64,000 bases of DNA from Eledone cirrhosa (GCA_964016885.1 OZ024743.1:99634001-99698000), one strand, 5' to 3'; shown: positions 26,969-40,565, counted from the first letter of the stretch. Numbers and translations are program-made. The notes: generated from the sequence alone by a model not told the origin.

Positions 26969-27777
26969 ACACTGTACGGTGTAATTCGGGCTGTTTGTTT
27001 GTTTACAAACAAACAAACCGAGCATTATAATAAATGTTCGGTAAACCGATACGTGCATATATATATGTGTGCATGTATGTATATATATACATACTACTGT
27101 ACATCTGTATACATATATGTATGTCATCATCATCATCATCATCATCGTCTAACGTCCATATTCCGCGCTTGCATGGGTTTGGACATACATATACATACAT
27201 ACATACTTACATACTTATATATATATATATATATACCCACTCTACTACCCTAAGTATTGAGTACTTTGGTGCGTTATGGTCCACCTGGTTCCTTACCACA
27301 TTTCCTTCATTATATATATATATATAATGATACAGTTACTGTTTTCAGTGAAGTGTGTCAAAATTTTATTTTGTCAATTTAAATGACAATGACATAAAAG
27401 CAATCAAGTCATGTGAATTTATTTAAATGACTGCCAAATATTGGTCATGTATTTCTTTGACTACATTCTATTATTAGGATGTTTAGAATGTGTACTAATG
27501 GAATATTGTAGAAAAATACTTGTTTTTACATGTTTCTGCTTTATATATTTGTTTTATTAATGTGGATTTACTGCTTCATTTGTTTTACTTCATTAACAGT
27601 TAAAATAACAGAAATGGGACCATCCTCTCCATGGGAGGTGGCAAAGTGGCAGAGCTATTAAAACATCAGAGATAATACTTTGCAGCATTTCAGCCAGTTC
27701 CTTGCACTCTCAGTTCAAATCTTGCCAAGATCAACTTTACCTTCGAGGTTGATAAATAAAGAACAGGTCAAGTCATT

Positions 27778-28012
27778 ATCATCATCATCATCACTGTTTT
27801 ACGTCCATTCTTCCACGCTAGCATGGGTTAGACGGGTTGTCCTGCAGTGTCCAGTCGGCTGACCTTGTTTTGCTCATACAGGAACTGATTCTGGCTTGAT
27901 TTCTACAGCTGGATTCCCTTCCTAACACCAACCTCATTTACAGTGAGTGCTGGGTGCTTTTTTTCCGTGGCGCCTACACGTCCACTTTACAGTGTGGGCT
28001 GGGTGCTTTTTT
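27778..28012 (-). mobile_element. SINE A 3' half
   Basis: (CAT)n followed by gttttacgtccattcttccacgctagcatggg...ggctgggtgctttttt. Confidence 0.8.
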
Positions 28013-28892
28013 GTCTGGAAGAAATCAACTGTATTCAGACCTGTTGAGGGATGGGCTTCGTCTGGTTTTTAAAATGCATAAGAAACACAATATATCACAC
28101 TACTAAACATTAATCATTTTTATAATTGTGGTTTGGTTATGTTTATAGAAGGAACAAATAAGACCTGTTGAGTTTTATGGCCTAAAATGTTTAGTAATTC
28201 CACTCCCATAACAGCTGCTTGTTTTGTATCACCTGAACACCCTGAAAAAGAGTTTCATTCTTGAAATTACAATTGGTTAAATTTTTTTCACCACTCACTT
28301 TCTTTCACCACACAGTTTCTTTCACTGCCATTTGTATGTAGCTAACTGTAGTTCTTTTATAACAATAGAATATATCTATATTTTATCTTTGACAATAGAA
28401 AATAGCTGTTGCTTTACTGCAACAGAAAGAAATTGCTTTATAGCAGCTTGAAATAAAAAAAATTGAGTAGCTTACTTAGGTCAACATAAATTAATGCTAA
28501 GGATTACATACACCACTGAATACGACTAAACTGCCTGCAGACCTCTTCAAGCATTTTAACAAAGAATGTTCTTTTTTTTTTTAAACTATAATGACATTGA
28601 TCAGACATAAAATTTGTACTAGTTTGAAATGCAAAGAATTATATCACAAGATTCACTTGAGCGTAATTTACAAGAAGAGGTGGTAATTTGAGCAACAATT
28701 CTCCAATCATTTTTAATAATTTCTGAATGCAACAGAAGAATTTCAAAGAAGATATACTTGAAGTTCATTCAACTGGGAAGAAATATTTTCACCAAAATTA
28801 TTAGCACTCAAAAGGTAGTAGAATATATTGAATGAATATTTTCTTTCAGATGATCATGAACGAAATCTCTTTATTGAAGGTAGTCATAATAC

Positions 28893-29152
28893 ATTAACTC
28901 ATTTGGTACCAAACTGCCAGAATCAAGCTGTGATTCTATCATACAAAGCTATTTATATTAAGGTGTATATAATCATCTAAAAACCTTCCACTATAATTCT
29001 ATGTAAGAATCTTTAAGTTACATTCCAAACACCAACTAAATAATCAGGAAGTTAGTTATATTATTAAACCCCTCTAAATTCTTGATAATTTTCCAAAAGA
29101 TTTGAAAATTATACAGTGTCTTACATTAGAAATATGGTAATGAAAGAGTTAA
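28893..29152. mobile_element. TTAA-bounded MITE-like repeat (degenerate); homologous to the site interrupted by the LTR element
   Basis: ttaactc...gagttaa ends; related copies near 16226, 43190, 54778 and 56951. Confidence 0.55.
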
Positions 29153-29539
29153 ATGAAGAGTCAATGGGTTAGAATGCAGTTGGAGTGGTAGGTTATAGAA
29201 CATGTCTTGTATTCATTAAATATTAATCTACACTGTGCATATTAATGATGCCTCATAAAATGTGTTATTCACAATAATTGTATGATTATATACCATAGTT
29301 AATTGTAATCAGATTGATTCAATTGTTTCTTATAATTTAGACAATTTAACAGTGGTGAGAAGTGCTTGCAGTATTAACAGGACAGTGGTGGCTCTGAGAT
29401 ATTGAAAAAGACTTTGGCTTAAGTAAAAATTCTGTCTGCAGCATCTTTCAGCACGTTCTTAAAGTTTCAATGGCACACTGTGTAATGACATAACACAATT
29501 GAATGTTAGGTTGAATTATTTCCCTTCTTTTCTTTTTGA

Positions 29540-29729
29540 AATAATTGTTTCTATTTTAGGCACAAGGCCAGTAATTACCCAGTGTATTACTGGTACTTTA
29601 TTTTATCGACCCCGTAAGGATGAAAGGCAAAGTTAACCTCGGCGGGATTTGAACTCAGATCATAAAGGGACGTAACTCTATGCTTCAAAGCATGGTGTCC
29701 GACTCTCTACCGATACTGCCAATCCACCG
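29540..29729 (-). mobile_element. tRNA-derived SINE family B
   Basis: Reverse complement of 34143-34338. Confidence 0.85.
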
Positions 29730-30944
29730 AAATAATGGTTTATAATCAGATGCCCTTCCTGGTACCAACCCAGTTGATCTCCTATTACAACATGCAGGGA
29801 TATGGTATACATATCTTAAACAAGATATACATAGAATGAGTTAAGATCATCATCATCAACAGCGTTTTATGTCCATTTTTCCACACTGGCATGGGTTAGA
29901 CAAATAATCCTGTTGAGGACAATGCTAGGTAAGGTGACCATGTCTTGTTCATACTAAACTGATTTTGGCTTGGTTTCTACAGCTGGATGAAGATATTAAA
30001 ATATAATAAATATTTCTTTTTTGAAAAATGGAAATGAAAGAAAAAACAAAACAGAAAAGAATGATAAATATTCTTAAGATTTGAGGTTGGATTTTTTTTT
30101 TAAATATTCATTTTTGTCATAACTGCTCTTTCTTCAAGTATTGAGCTATGTTATAGTCAATTAGCCCTGATATATTTTCATGCACTTGAGTTCCGATTAA
30201 CATTTTATTTCAAAATATTTTCAACAGCAACAACAACAATCCCCCATTAACTAAATGGCAAGGCTTCTTCAATATACTGAACACTAATCTAATTAAATTT
30301 AATATTTCATTCAATTTGTGGGAAGGTAACTGATTCCAGTTACAAAACAAAATGGCAAGAATGGGAAATAGTTTGATACATTGTTATTCTATGTTAGTAT
30401 CACAGCATGATAGAAAGAAGGACTGACAGATTGATTCTTCATTATTTCTGTAGTCACAACAAATAAGTTTTCTATACTAAACCAACAATAGAGCTGCTAT
30501 GTAACCATCCAACCTGATAGAAAAAACAACTAAATTTTCCGCAAGTAATACTCTATAGTCTTTCATAAATCAAATAAGAAAGTCTACTGTAATTGTGTCT
30601 GAAGTTTGAGTGTGTTATATATATATATATTGTACTTGAGGCCACCAGTTGATTTATAAGCTGGTTTCAGGTATGTTTACTAACTTGCTACAAAGTAAAA
30701 GGTAAGAGGAAGAAAATACATTCAATAGAAGAAACAGCATCAATTGATACAAATAAGAAACAGAATATAATTCAAATTACTATAAAATCAAATTATTATT
30801 ATTTTTTTTTTTTTTTTTAATTTCTACTTCAAATGTAGAATACCTACAGTGCATCTCCCTTACCATCCTCCAGGGAAACGCCTTCTCCATTCTGTCCACC
30901 GAGGCTGTGGGGTGGCCAACACGTGGTATCCCATTTGCTCACCA

Positions 30945-33813
30945 TATGGAGATATGGGGAGGGCCAGAGAGATGGAGGTGATGACAGTGGGAATTTGGCT
31001 GTTCTGTGTCTGGACCTCGTGTGCATGAGAGATGGGGAGGGCCAGAGAGATGGAGGTGATGACAGTGGGAGTTTGGCTGTTCTGTGTCCGGACCTCGTGT
31101 GCATGAGAGGTGGGGAGGGCCAGAGAGATGGAGGTGATGACAGTGGGAGTTTGGCTGTTCTGTGTCCGGACCTCGTGTACATGAGAGATGGGGAGGGCCA
31201 GAGAGATGGAGGTGATGACAGTGGGAGTTTGGCTGTTCTGTGTCCGGACCTCGTGTACATGAGAGGTGGGGAGGGCCAGAGAGATGGAGGTGATGACAGT
31301 GGGAGTTTGGCTGTTCTGTGTCTGGACCTCGTGTACATGAGAGGTGGGGAGGGCCAGAGAGATGGAGGTGATGACAGTGGGAGTTTGGCTGTTCTGTGTC
31401 CGGACCTCGTGTACATGAGAGGTGGGGAGGGCCAGAGAGATGGAGGTGATGACAGTGGGAGTTTGGCTGTTCTGTGTCTGGACCTCGTGTACATGAGAGG
31501 TGGGGAGGGCCAGAGAGATGGAGGTGATGACAGTGGGAGTTTGGCTGTTCTGTGTCCGGACCTCGTGTACATGAGAGGTGGGGAGGGCCAGAGAGATGGA
31601 GGTGATGACAGTGGGAGTTTGGCTGTTCTGTGTCCGGACCTCGTGTGCATGAGATATGGGGAGGGCCAGAGAGATGGAGGTGATGACAGTGGGAGTTTGG
31701 CTGTTCTGTGTCCGGACCTCGTGTGCATGAGAGGTGGGGAGGGCCAGAGAGATGGAGGTGATGACAGTGGGAGTTTGGCTGTTCTGTGTCCGGACCTCGT
31801 GTACATGAAAGATGGGGAGGGCCAGAGAGATGGAGGTGATGACAGTGGGAGTTTGGCTGTTCTGTGTCCGGACCTCGTGTACATGAGAGATGGGGAGGGC
31901 CAGAGAGATGGAGGTGATGACAGTGGGAGTTTGGCTGTTCTGTGTCCGGACCTCGTGTGCATGAGATATGGGGAGGGCCAGAGAGATGGAGGTGATGACA
32001 GTGGGAGTTTGGCTGTTCTGTGTCCGGACCTCGTGTACATGAGAGGTGGGGAGGGCCAGAGAGATGGAGGTGATGACAGTGGGAGTTTGGCTGTTCTGTG
32101 TCCGGACCTCGTGTACATGAGAGATGGGGAGGGCCAGAGAGATGGAGGTGATGACAGTGGGAGTTTGGCTGTTCTGTGTCTGGACCTCGTGTACATGAGA
32201 AATGGGGAGGGCCAGAGAGATGGAGGTGATGACAGTGGGAGTTTGGCTGTTCTGTGTCCGGACCTCGTGTACATGAGAGATGGGGAGGGCCAGAGAGATG
32301 GAGGTGATGACAGTGGGAGTTTGGCTGTTCTGTGTCTGGACCTCGTGTACATGAGAAATGGGGAGGGCCAGAGAGATGGAGGTGATGACAGTGGGAGTTT
32401 GGCTGTTCTGTGTCCGGACCTCGTGTACATGAGAGATGGGGAGGGCCAGAGAGATGGAGGTGATGACAGTGGGAGTTTGGCTGTTCTGTGTCTGGACCTC
32501 GTGTACATGAGAAATGGGGAGGGCCAGAGAGATGGAGGTGATGACAGTGGGAGTTTGGCTGTTCTGTGTCCGGACCTCGTGTACATGAGAGATGGGGAGG
32601 GCCAGAGAGATGGAGGTGATGACAGTGGGAGTTTGGCTGTTCTGTGTCTGGACCTCGTGTACATGAGAAATGGGGAGGGCCAGAGAGATGGAGGTGATGA
32701 CAGTGGGAGTTTGGCTGTTCTGTGTCCGGACCTCGTGTACATGAGAGATGGGGAGGGCCAGAGAGATGGAGGTGATGACAGTGGGAGTTTGGCTGTTCTG
32801 TGTCTGGACCTCGTGTACATGAGAAATGGGGAGGGCCAGAGAGATGGAGGTGATGACAGTGGGAGTTTGGCTGTTCTGTGTCTGGACCTCGTGTACATGA
32901 GAGATGGGGAGGGCCAGAGAGATGGAGGTGATGACAGTGGGAGTTTGGCTGTTCTGTGTCCGGACCTCGTGTACATGAGAGATGGGGAGGGCCAGAGAGA
33001 TGGAGGTGATGACAGTGGGAGTTTGGCTGTTCTGTGTCTGGACCTCGTGTACATGAGATATGGGGAGGGCCAGAGAGATGGAGGTGATGACAGTGGGAGT
33101 TTGGCTGTTCTGTGTCTGGACCTCGTGTACATGAGAGGTGGGGAGGGCCAGAGAGATGGAGGTGATGACAGTGGGAGTTTGGCTGTTCTGTGTCCGGACC
33201 TCGTGTACATGAGAGGTGGGGAGGGCCAGAGAGATGGAGGTGATGACAGTGGGAGTTTGGCTGTTCTGTGTCTGGACCTCGTGTGCATGAGATATGGGGA
33301 GGGCCAGAGAGATGGAGGTGATGACAGTGGGAGTTTGGCTGTTCTGTGTCCGGACCTCGTGTACATGAGAGGTGGGGAGGGCCAGAGAGATGGAGGTGAT
33401 GACAGTGGGAGTTTGGCTGTTCTGTGTCTGGACCTCGTGTACATGAGAGGTGGGGAGGGCCAGAGAGATGGAGGTGATGACAGTGGGAGTTTGGCTGTTC
33501 TGTGTCCGGACCTCGTGTACATGAGAGATGGGGAGGGCCAGAGAGATGGAGGTGATGACAGTGGGAGTTTGGCTGTTCTGTGTCTGGACCTCGTGTACAT
33601 GAGAGATGGGGAGGGCCAGAGAGATGGAGGTGATGACAGTGGGAGTTTGGCTGTTCTGTGTCTGGACCTCGTGTACATGAGAGGTGGGGAGGGCCAGAGA
33701 GATGGAGGTGATGACAGTGGGAGTTTGGCTGTTCTGTGTCTGGACCTCGTGTACATGAGAGGTGGGGAGGGCCAGAGAGATGGAGGTGATGACAGTGGGA
33801 ATTTGGCTGTTCT
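30945..33813. repeat. 78-bp GC-rich minisatellite (~37 units)
   Basis: Unit atgagagatggggagggccagagagatggaggtgatgacagtgggagtttggctgttctgtgtccggacctcgtgtac; 26-aa periodic ORFs. Confidence 0.97.
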
Positions 33814-33951
33814 TTCATGTTTGCTTAGGTTACAATTATATTGTGATAGAACCTACAGTTTTTACTGAGTTGCCAGATTGGGCTACATGTAATGGATTAC
33901 TCTACTTTCAATGACTGCATGTTATTCTTAATTAATTATCATTATTAATTT

Positions 33952-34338
33952 AGGTGGATTGGCAGTATCGATAGAGGGTCGGACGCCATGCTTTGACGCA
34001 TAGAGTTACGGCCCTTGCCATTCTGAGTTCAAATCCCGCCGGGGTTAACTTTGCCTTTCATCCTTACAGGGTCGATAAAATAAAGTACCAGTAATGCACT
34101 GGGTAATTGCTGGCCTTGTGCCAAAAGTAGAAACAATTATGAGGGCGGTGGATTGGCAGTATCGGTAGAGAGTCAGACACTATGCTTTGAAGCATAGAGT
34201 TACGTCCCTTTATGATCTGAGTTCAAATCCCGCCGAGGTTAACTTTGCCTTTCATCCTTACGGGGTCGATAAAATAAAGTACCGGTAATGCACTGGGATA
34301 ATTGCTGGCCTTGTGCCAAAAGTAGAAACAATTATTAT
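33952..34338 (+). mobile_element. Tandem pair of SINE family B
   Basis: Two head-to-tail copies ggtggattggcagtatcg...gagttcaaatcccgcc (B box)...gcctttcatccttac...gtagaaacaattat. Confidence 0.88.
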
Positions 34339-34394
34339 TAATTTAGGATACTTGCAATTTTTAATTCTAAAAGTAAAAATTCTACTGAATATCT

Positions 34395-34720
34395 TCTTCT
34401 TCTTCTTCCTCTCCTCATCCCCCATCCACTTATTCCTGAGAGAGTCATTGAAGCAGAGTCCCTCAAACACTCCTTCCAACAGGTCCTGTCAGAAGCAACC
34501 ATCTCCAACTGATCTGGCTGGATCCCCAAGTGAGACCACTCAAGCTCATGGATGTTATCCAAACATTTTACTTGGGTAGGGTCTACCCTGGCTCTCCTGC
34601 CAGCTGGCTTTGCCTATAAAATATGTCCAGCAATTCTTTCCTGAGACATCCTAATCACATGCCCATAGTATCAAAGCTGTGATCTCTCAATTTGGAGAAG
34701 TAGCAGCTCTACCTACTGCT
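34395..34720 (-). mobile_element. Second RTE-like family, decayed 3' end
   Basis: Homologous to 59818-60120; (GAA)n tail on the minus strand. Confidence 0.7.
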
Positions 34721-35010
34721 ACGTACTGCTTTTCTGCACCACCACCCCCACCTCCTCTAAAATCCTTAGATACCCTCTCTATTGTACCCTAGTATCTATT
34801 ACTCCTGAAAAAATATGTCCAACCCTTGCAAGCAGGGACAGTCATTAACCTTCTTGGTGTTGTTGATGACATAAGCCACTGATAGAGTTATTTCCCCTTA
34901 ATACATAATAAAGTTTCAAGGGAAGTAATTCATAAATAAATTCAGCATCCTAAAGATTAAATGATGATGATATGTATGTGTGTATATAAATATATATTTG
35001 TATATATGTT

Positions 35011-35048
<38 letters not shown>

Positions 35049-35258
35049 AATTATTAAAAAAATAATGAATAAACAAAGAAACAGTTCCTTATTATTCTTT
35101 GTTTATTCATTATTTTTTTAATAATTTATCTTGACTCTGTTTTCCGTTTATTTTTCACCGAAAGTAGTTTTTGAATGCATCTTCTCTTTTCATGATATCC
35201 GGATTACATTGAGTTCTTCATACGGATTGGACACTACCGTAAACTTTTGGTAGATTTA

Positions 35259-35299
<41 letters not shown>

Positions 35300-35707
35300 A
35301 AGTATGCTAAGCAGCCAAAGTGTACAATAAAGTTAATTTGTGTATATACAGAGAGAGTAACCGAGACTGCACCTATGTGTGTGTATATATATATATATAT
35401 GCGTGTGTGTGTGTGTGTTTATGTGTATATAGTGACACCCACATTGGTTGCCAACATTGTGCCATCATTTATTATAGAGTAGATATCAATACTTAAGCTT
35501 TTACAACTATTTCTATAGAGGAGACTCAATTCTCTTCCTTCAATCTGGCATGGGTTTGGGTTCATAGTTTTATTGTTGTGTAAAAAACAGTTGATAGATA
35601 AGCTAACATTGATAGAAAATGATATCATGGAGGAAATTTACTTTCTAGACATTTTTTTTAAACAACCAGATATATGTGCTTGAGGCAAGCTAGATAATAA
35701 TACAATA

Positions 35708-36532
35708 GTGATGATGGCTGTGTTGGTGGTGGTGATGGTGGTGGTGGTGGTGGTGGTGGTGGTGGTGGTGGTGGTGGTGGTGGTGGTGGTGATGGCTGTG
35801 GTGATGGTGGTGGTGGTGATGGCTGTGTTGGTGGTGGTGATGGCTGTGTTGGTGGTGGTGATGGTGGTGGTGGTGATGGCTGTGTGGTGGTGGTGATGAT
35901 AATGGCTGTGTGGTGGTGGTGATGATAATGGCTGTGTTGGTAGTGGTGATGATGGCTGTGTGGTGGTGGTGGTGGTGATGGCTGTGATGGTGGTGATGAT
36001 GGTGATGATGGCTGTGTTGGTGGTGGTGGTGGTGATGGATGTGTTGTTGGTGGTGATGATGATGATGACTGTGTTGGTGGTGGTGGTGGTGGTGATGATG
36101 ATGATGGCTGTGTTGGTGGTGGTGGTGGTGGTGGTGGTGGTGATGATGGCTGCGATGGTGGTGATGATGATGATGATGATGATGGCTGTGTTGGTGGTGG
36201 TGGTGGTGATGATGATGGTTGTGCTGGTGATGGTGGTGGTAGTGGTGATGATGACTGTGATGGTGGTGGAGGTGGTGGAGGTGGTGGTGATGGTGGTGGT
36301 GATGATGATGATGGCTGTGATGGTGGTGGTGTTGATGGTGGTGGTGATGGTGGTGGTGGTGATGGTGGTGATGGTGGTGGTGATGGTGGTGATGGTGGTG
36401 GTGATGGTGGTGATGATGGTGGTGATGATGATGATGATGGCTATGTTGTTGGTGGTGGTGATGGTGATGATGATGGCTGTTGGTGGTGGTGGTGGTGATG
36501 GTGATGATGATGGCTGTGATGATGGTGATGTG
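35708..36532. repeat. (GGT/GAT)n trinucleotide low-complexity tract
   Basis: Produces poly-His and poly-Val ORFs. Confidence 0.95.
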
Positions 36533-36712
36533 TAGTAAATGAGAGAAAACCAACACCATAAAGATGCTAGCTTATATAAATTATTATATTTGTGCAGTCC
36601 CGTGGTAATTACATTGGTAATGTACCTGCGGAAGAAACTTCAGTGAGGACACATCCCGGCCAACAAATAAAGGAAAACAACTTCATTAAAAAGAATAAGT
36701 ATGTATGACTAT

Positions 36713-36773
<61 letters not shown>

Positions 36774-36950
36774 TAGGTAAATATACACGGGTGTGTATGA
36801 TTGTGTATAGAAGATTATATTAATAAGAGGAATTCCAACTTTGTCTGATTTACTCGTTTTATTTAAAATCCTTTAAAATTTATAATGGTATTATAATGAA
36901 ATAGTATGATAGAATAACGAGTAAATCAGACAAAGTTGGAATTCCTCTTA

Positions 36951-37002
<52 letters not shown>

Positions 37003-37164
37003 CGTGTATATATGTATGTATGTATGTATGTCAGGTCACCAGTTAGTGCTACTGGTAACATGTATCCCAGTAGAACCTGTGTGTGTGTATGTGTATATGC
37101 ATGTGTGTATGTATAGATATATATATATATGTATGTGTATGTATACATATGTATATATATATTA

Positions 37165-37770
37165 TGTCAGGTCACCAGTTGGTGCTACTGGTAACATGTA
37201 TCCCAGTACAACCTGTCTCATGGTCGGGTCGTTGGCGACTAAACTGGCAACTCCACCAAGGTTTCTTTGTGAGGAGGGTGACTTTGGACATCCTGCAGGA
37301 CTAAAAACAAAACCTGTCAAAGGGCAAAGGAGCTCTTAAGAGTCAATGGCCATCCAAAATCACTGGGAGAGATGACCCCTTAGCCTTTGTCAAGGCAGAA
37401 TTCTAGGAGAGGAAAACTCTGATATAACACCTGCAACCCTGATGGTATCCAATGATGTTGACTTGCTCTTCTTTTTGGTAAATATCATCTTGGTTAAGAG
37501 AGTGGGACTGGCTTTGTGCAGTGCCTTTGCTCACTATAAAAGCTTCATGGCACAGGCATTGCTTTATATCTGGAGATCTCTCTGCATTTGTCGTCACATG
37601 GTACCATGGGCCCAGCACTATGTGTCAATAATTGTCACAAGTGTAGTGTTTGTACCAGAGTTTTCAAGTCGCTGGCTGTAAAAAGTCACACTCGTTCAGC
37701 GCATCGGTAGGGGTTCTCCTACATGGATATAAAGTAGTGACCATACTCGAAAACGAGTTGGCAGCCACCA
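37165..37770 (+). mobile_element. Bipartite non-autonomous RTE-derived element, copy 1
   Basis: Non-coding leader fused to codons [22 protein letters not shown] and the terminal hairpin actcg-aaaa-cgagt. Near-identical copy at 61839-62447; a 5' fragment at 37028-37080. Confidence 0.75.
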
Positions 37771-37816
37771 TGCATGCATGCATGCATGCATACATGTATG
37801 TATGTATGTATGTATG

Positions 37817-37850
<34 letters not shown>

Positions 37851-37861
37851 TTCATTCCATT

Positions 37862-38172
37862 TCATTTTACGTCCGCTTTTCCCTGCTTGCAAGGGTGGGA
37901 TGGAAACTGATTCTGGCTTGATTTCTACAGCTGGATGCCCTCCCTAACACCAACCTCATTTACAGTGAGTGCTGGGTGCTTTTTTGCCGTGGCACCTCCA
38001 CGACCAATTTACAGTGGAAAGATAGGGACTGGTGTCCCTATCATCTCATTTCTACAGCTGAGTAAACTGGAACAATGTGAAATAAAGTGTCTTGCTCAAG
38101 GAAACAACACATCATCCGGTCTGATAATTGAACCCACCTTTCGATTGCAAAGCCAATGCTCTAACCACTAAG
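37862..38172 (-). mobile_element. SINE A, short-tail variant
   Basis: Same structure as 15690-15976, with the head present. Confidence 0.82.
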
Positions 38173-38199
38173 GCACACACACACATACACACACACACA

Positions 38200-38567
38200 C
38201 AGTAGGCATCTCTAACAAAATACACCCCGTCCCGCCACCACCCCCACCCATCCACACCACCCCGTCCTATGTAAAGTTATGTTGGTGCCGCGCCATCCAG
38301 GCCGAAACAAATGAGATCGTGTAGGTGTCACGACAAAAAAACACACAGTCCACGCTGTAATGTGGCCGTGTAGGCAACACGGTAAAAACCTCCCAGACCC
38401 ACACTGTAAATGTGGTTGGTGTTAGGAAGGGCATCCAACTGTAGAAAACCTGCCAGACAGTCCTATGCGAGCAAGACAATCACTCTTGCCTCAAGTGGGA
38501 CTACCCCCGTCCAAACCCATGCAAGCGTGGAACACGGACGTTAAACGTTGATGATGATGATGATGAT
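38200..38567 (+). mobile_element. RTE 3' end (5'-truncated copy)
   Basis: Near-identical to 48890-49250. Confidence 0.9.
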
Positions 38568-38587
38568 ATATATATATATATAGTGAA

Positions 38588-38974
38588 GGCACCTGGCTTA
38601 GTGGTTAGAGCATTGGGCTTGCATCGAAAGGTTGTGAGTTCAATTCTCGGACCGGGTGATGTGTTGTTTTTTTGAGCAAGACACTTTATTTCGCATTTCT
38701 CCAGTTTACTCAGGTGTAGAAATGAGATGATAGGACTGGGGTCCCTATCATTCCACAGCAAAGTGGTCGTGGAGGTGCCACGGCAAAAAAACACCCAGCC
38801 CACACTGTAAATGAGGTTGGTGTTAGGAAGGGCATCCAGCTGTAGAAATCAAGCCAGAATCAGTTCCTGTATGAGCAAGGCATGGTCAGCCGACTGGACA
38901 CTGCCCACAACAGGACAACCCGTCTAACCCATGCTAACATGGAAGAACGGGCGTAAAACAGTGATGATGATGAT
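38588..38974 (+). mobile_element. SINE A, full length, long tail
   Basis: A box tggcttagtgg, B box gttcaattc, CORE-like segment, RTE-like tail, (GAT)n. Confidence 0.88.
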
Positions 38975-38994
38975 ATATATATATACATATATAC

Positions 38995-39029
<35 letters not shown>

Positions 39030-39286
39030 AAGGTTTACCTATATATAAAGTCATAGATATATATGTGTTTTGCAACGGGTCACGTTGTGGCTCAATGAAG
39101 AATTAATAAATTAAATAATCAGAGCTATATATCATAAAACATGTCTTTAGAATCACTAGATAAAATATATACCGTTTCCTCTCCCAATTAGCATAATTAA
39201 CCATATAAAAAATCAATTAGACCAAGCTATAAGAATAAAGGCTCCTATGAAGAAATCTCCGACAAATAACCGAAAGCAGCCCCTTC

Positions 39287-39322
<36 letters not shown>

Positions 39323-39463
39323 GGTGTATATATATATATATATATATATGTGTATATATATATAAACATATATATATATATATATAACAAAGGAATTGTG
39401 GTAAGGAACCAGATGGACCATAACACACAAAATTACTCAATACTTAGGATAATAGAGTGGGAA

Positions 39464-39582
39464 ATAAGAAAAAGTATGACCCCGACGGCAGAGCTCAAGA
39501 CGTTTTGATGGCTATTTCTGGAGTCCAGAAATAGCCGTTAAAACAGCTTGAGCTCTGCCGTCGGGGTCATACTTTTTCCTAT
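39464..39582. repeat. Near-perfect palindrome (family E fold-back)
   Basis: Symmetry centre ctgga-g-tccag at ~39523; arms ~59 bp. Confidence 0.85.
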
Positions 39583-39612
39583 ATATATATATATATATAT
39601 ATATGCAGAGGT

Positions 39613-39678
39613 TATATTATCTGATGAAAGCGCACCATAATTTGCCTTGGTTGCCCTTGAAATATGTATAATAAAATA
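39613..39678 (+). ncRNA. Type I hammerhead ribozyme motif (family A)
   Basis: tatattat CUGAUGA [aagcgcacca...tggttgccctt] GAA-AUAUGUAU-A ataaaata; stem I pairs at 7 of 8 positions. Confidence 0.8.
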
Positions 39679-39716
39679 AATATGGTTTTATAAATATAGT
39701 TTTCATTTATTAATAT

Positions 39717-39755
<39 letters not shown>

Positions 39756-40488
39756 AGTGAGGGAGATGGAATGATATGAATATCATCATTCTATGTCTGC
39801 TTTCTATACTGGTATATGTATTTACATATATTGTATCGGTGTGTGTGAATATATATATATCTATCTATATCTACTATATATTTAAGAGTGTATGTGTGTA
39901 TGTATATATGCATATGTGTATGTATGTTACAAAAGGCTCCGAAACGGTGCATCCTAGAGAAAAATGGATTTAGTTTTCAAAATCTGCGTTCCAGGGAAAA
40001 GGTTTTGAGGTACCTGAAGTTTTTTGATAGTGAAAAAATAGAGAAAACCAAAAAATAGTAATAGTATCAATCACTGTTACTGTGACAATTTAAGTAGTCT
40101 GGTATTTATTGATTGTCTCATGTATTCCTTCAATGTGACCTTTCTATTCCATTCATCCATGCCATCAGCAGGGGCCATTGTTTTTGCTATGAGGCAGAGA
40201 GTTGTCTTCACAGAAGTCACCTGATGTTTATGACAAGATGCTCACACTAAAGTACACAACAAGCCATTGATACAACTTCAATATACAGCTCTGCTGAGTA
40301 AATTTCCATAGAAACCACCTTGGGGGCAATTGACGATTCATGGGGACAGGCCACAGGGAATATGTAACAGGAGATGAGGCATGGAGGAAACAGGGTCTGA
40401 CATGGAATTAGAAAGACATTCTAGGGTGAAAATTGCCCTGCAATAACAGGTTACTCAGCTAGTATCTCTCTCTCTCTATATATATATG

Positions 40489-40565
<77 letters not shown>

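Noticed and set aside
35690-36559. His-rich protein ORF
   Set aside because: Pure trinucleotide low complexity with no signal peptide, splice context or unique sequence.
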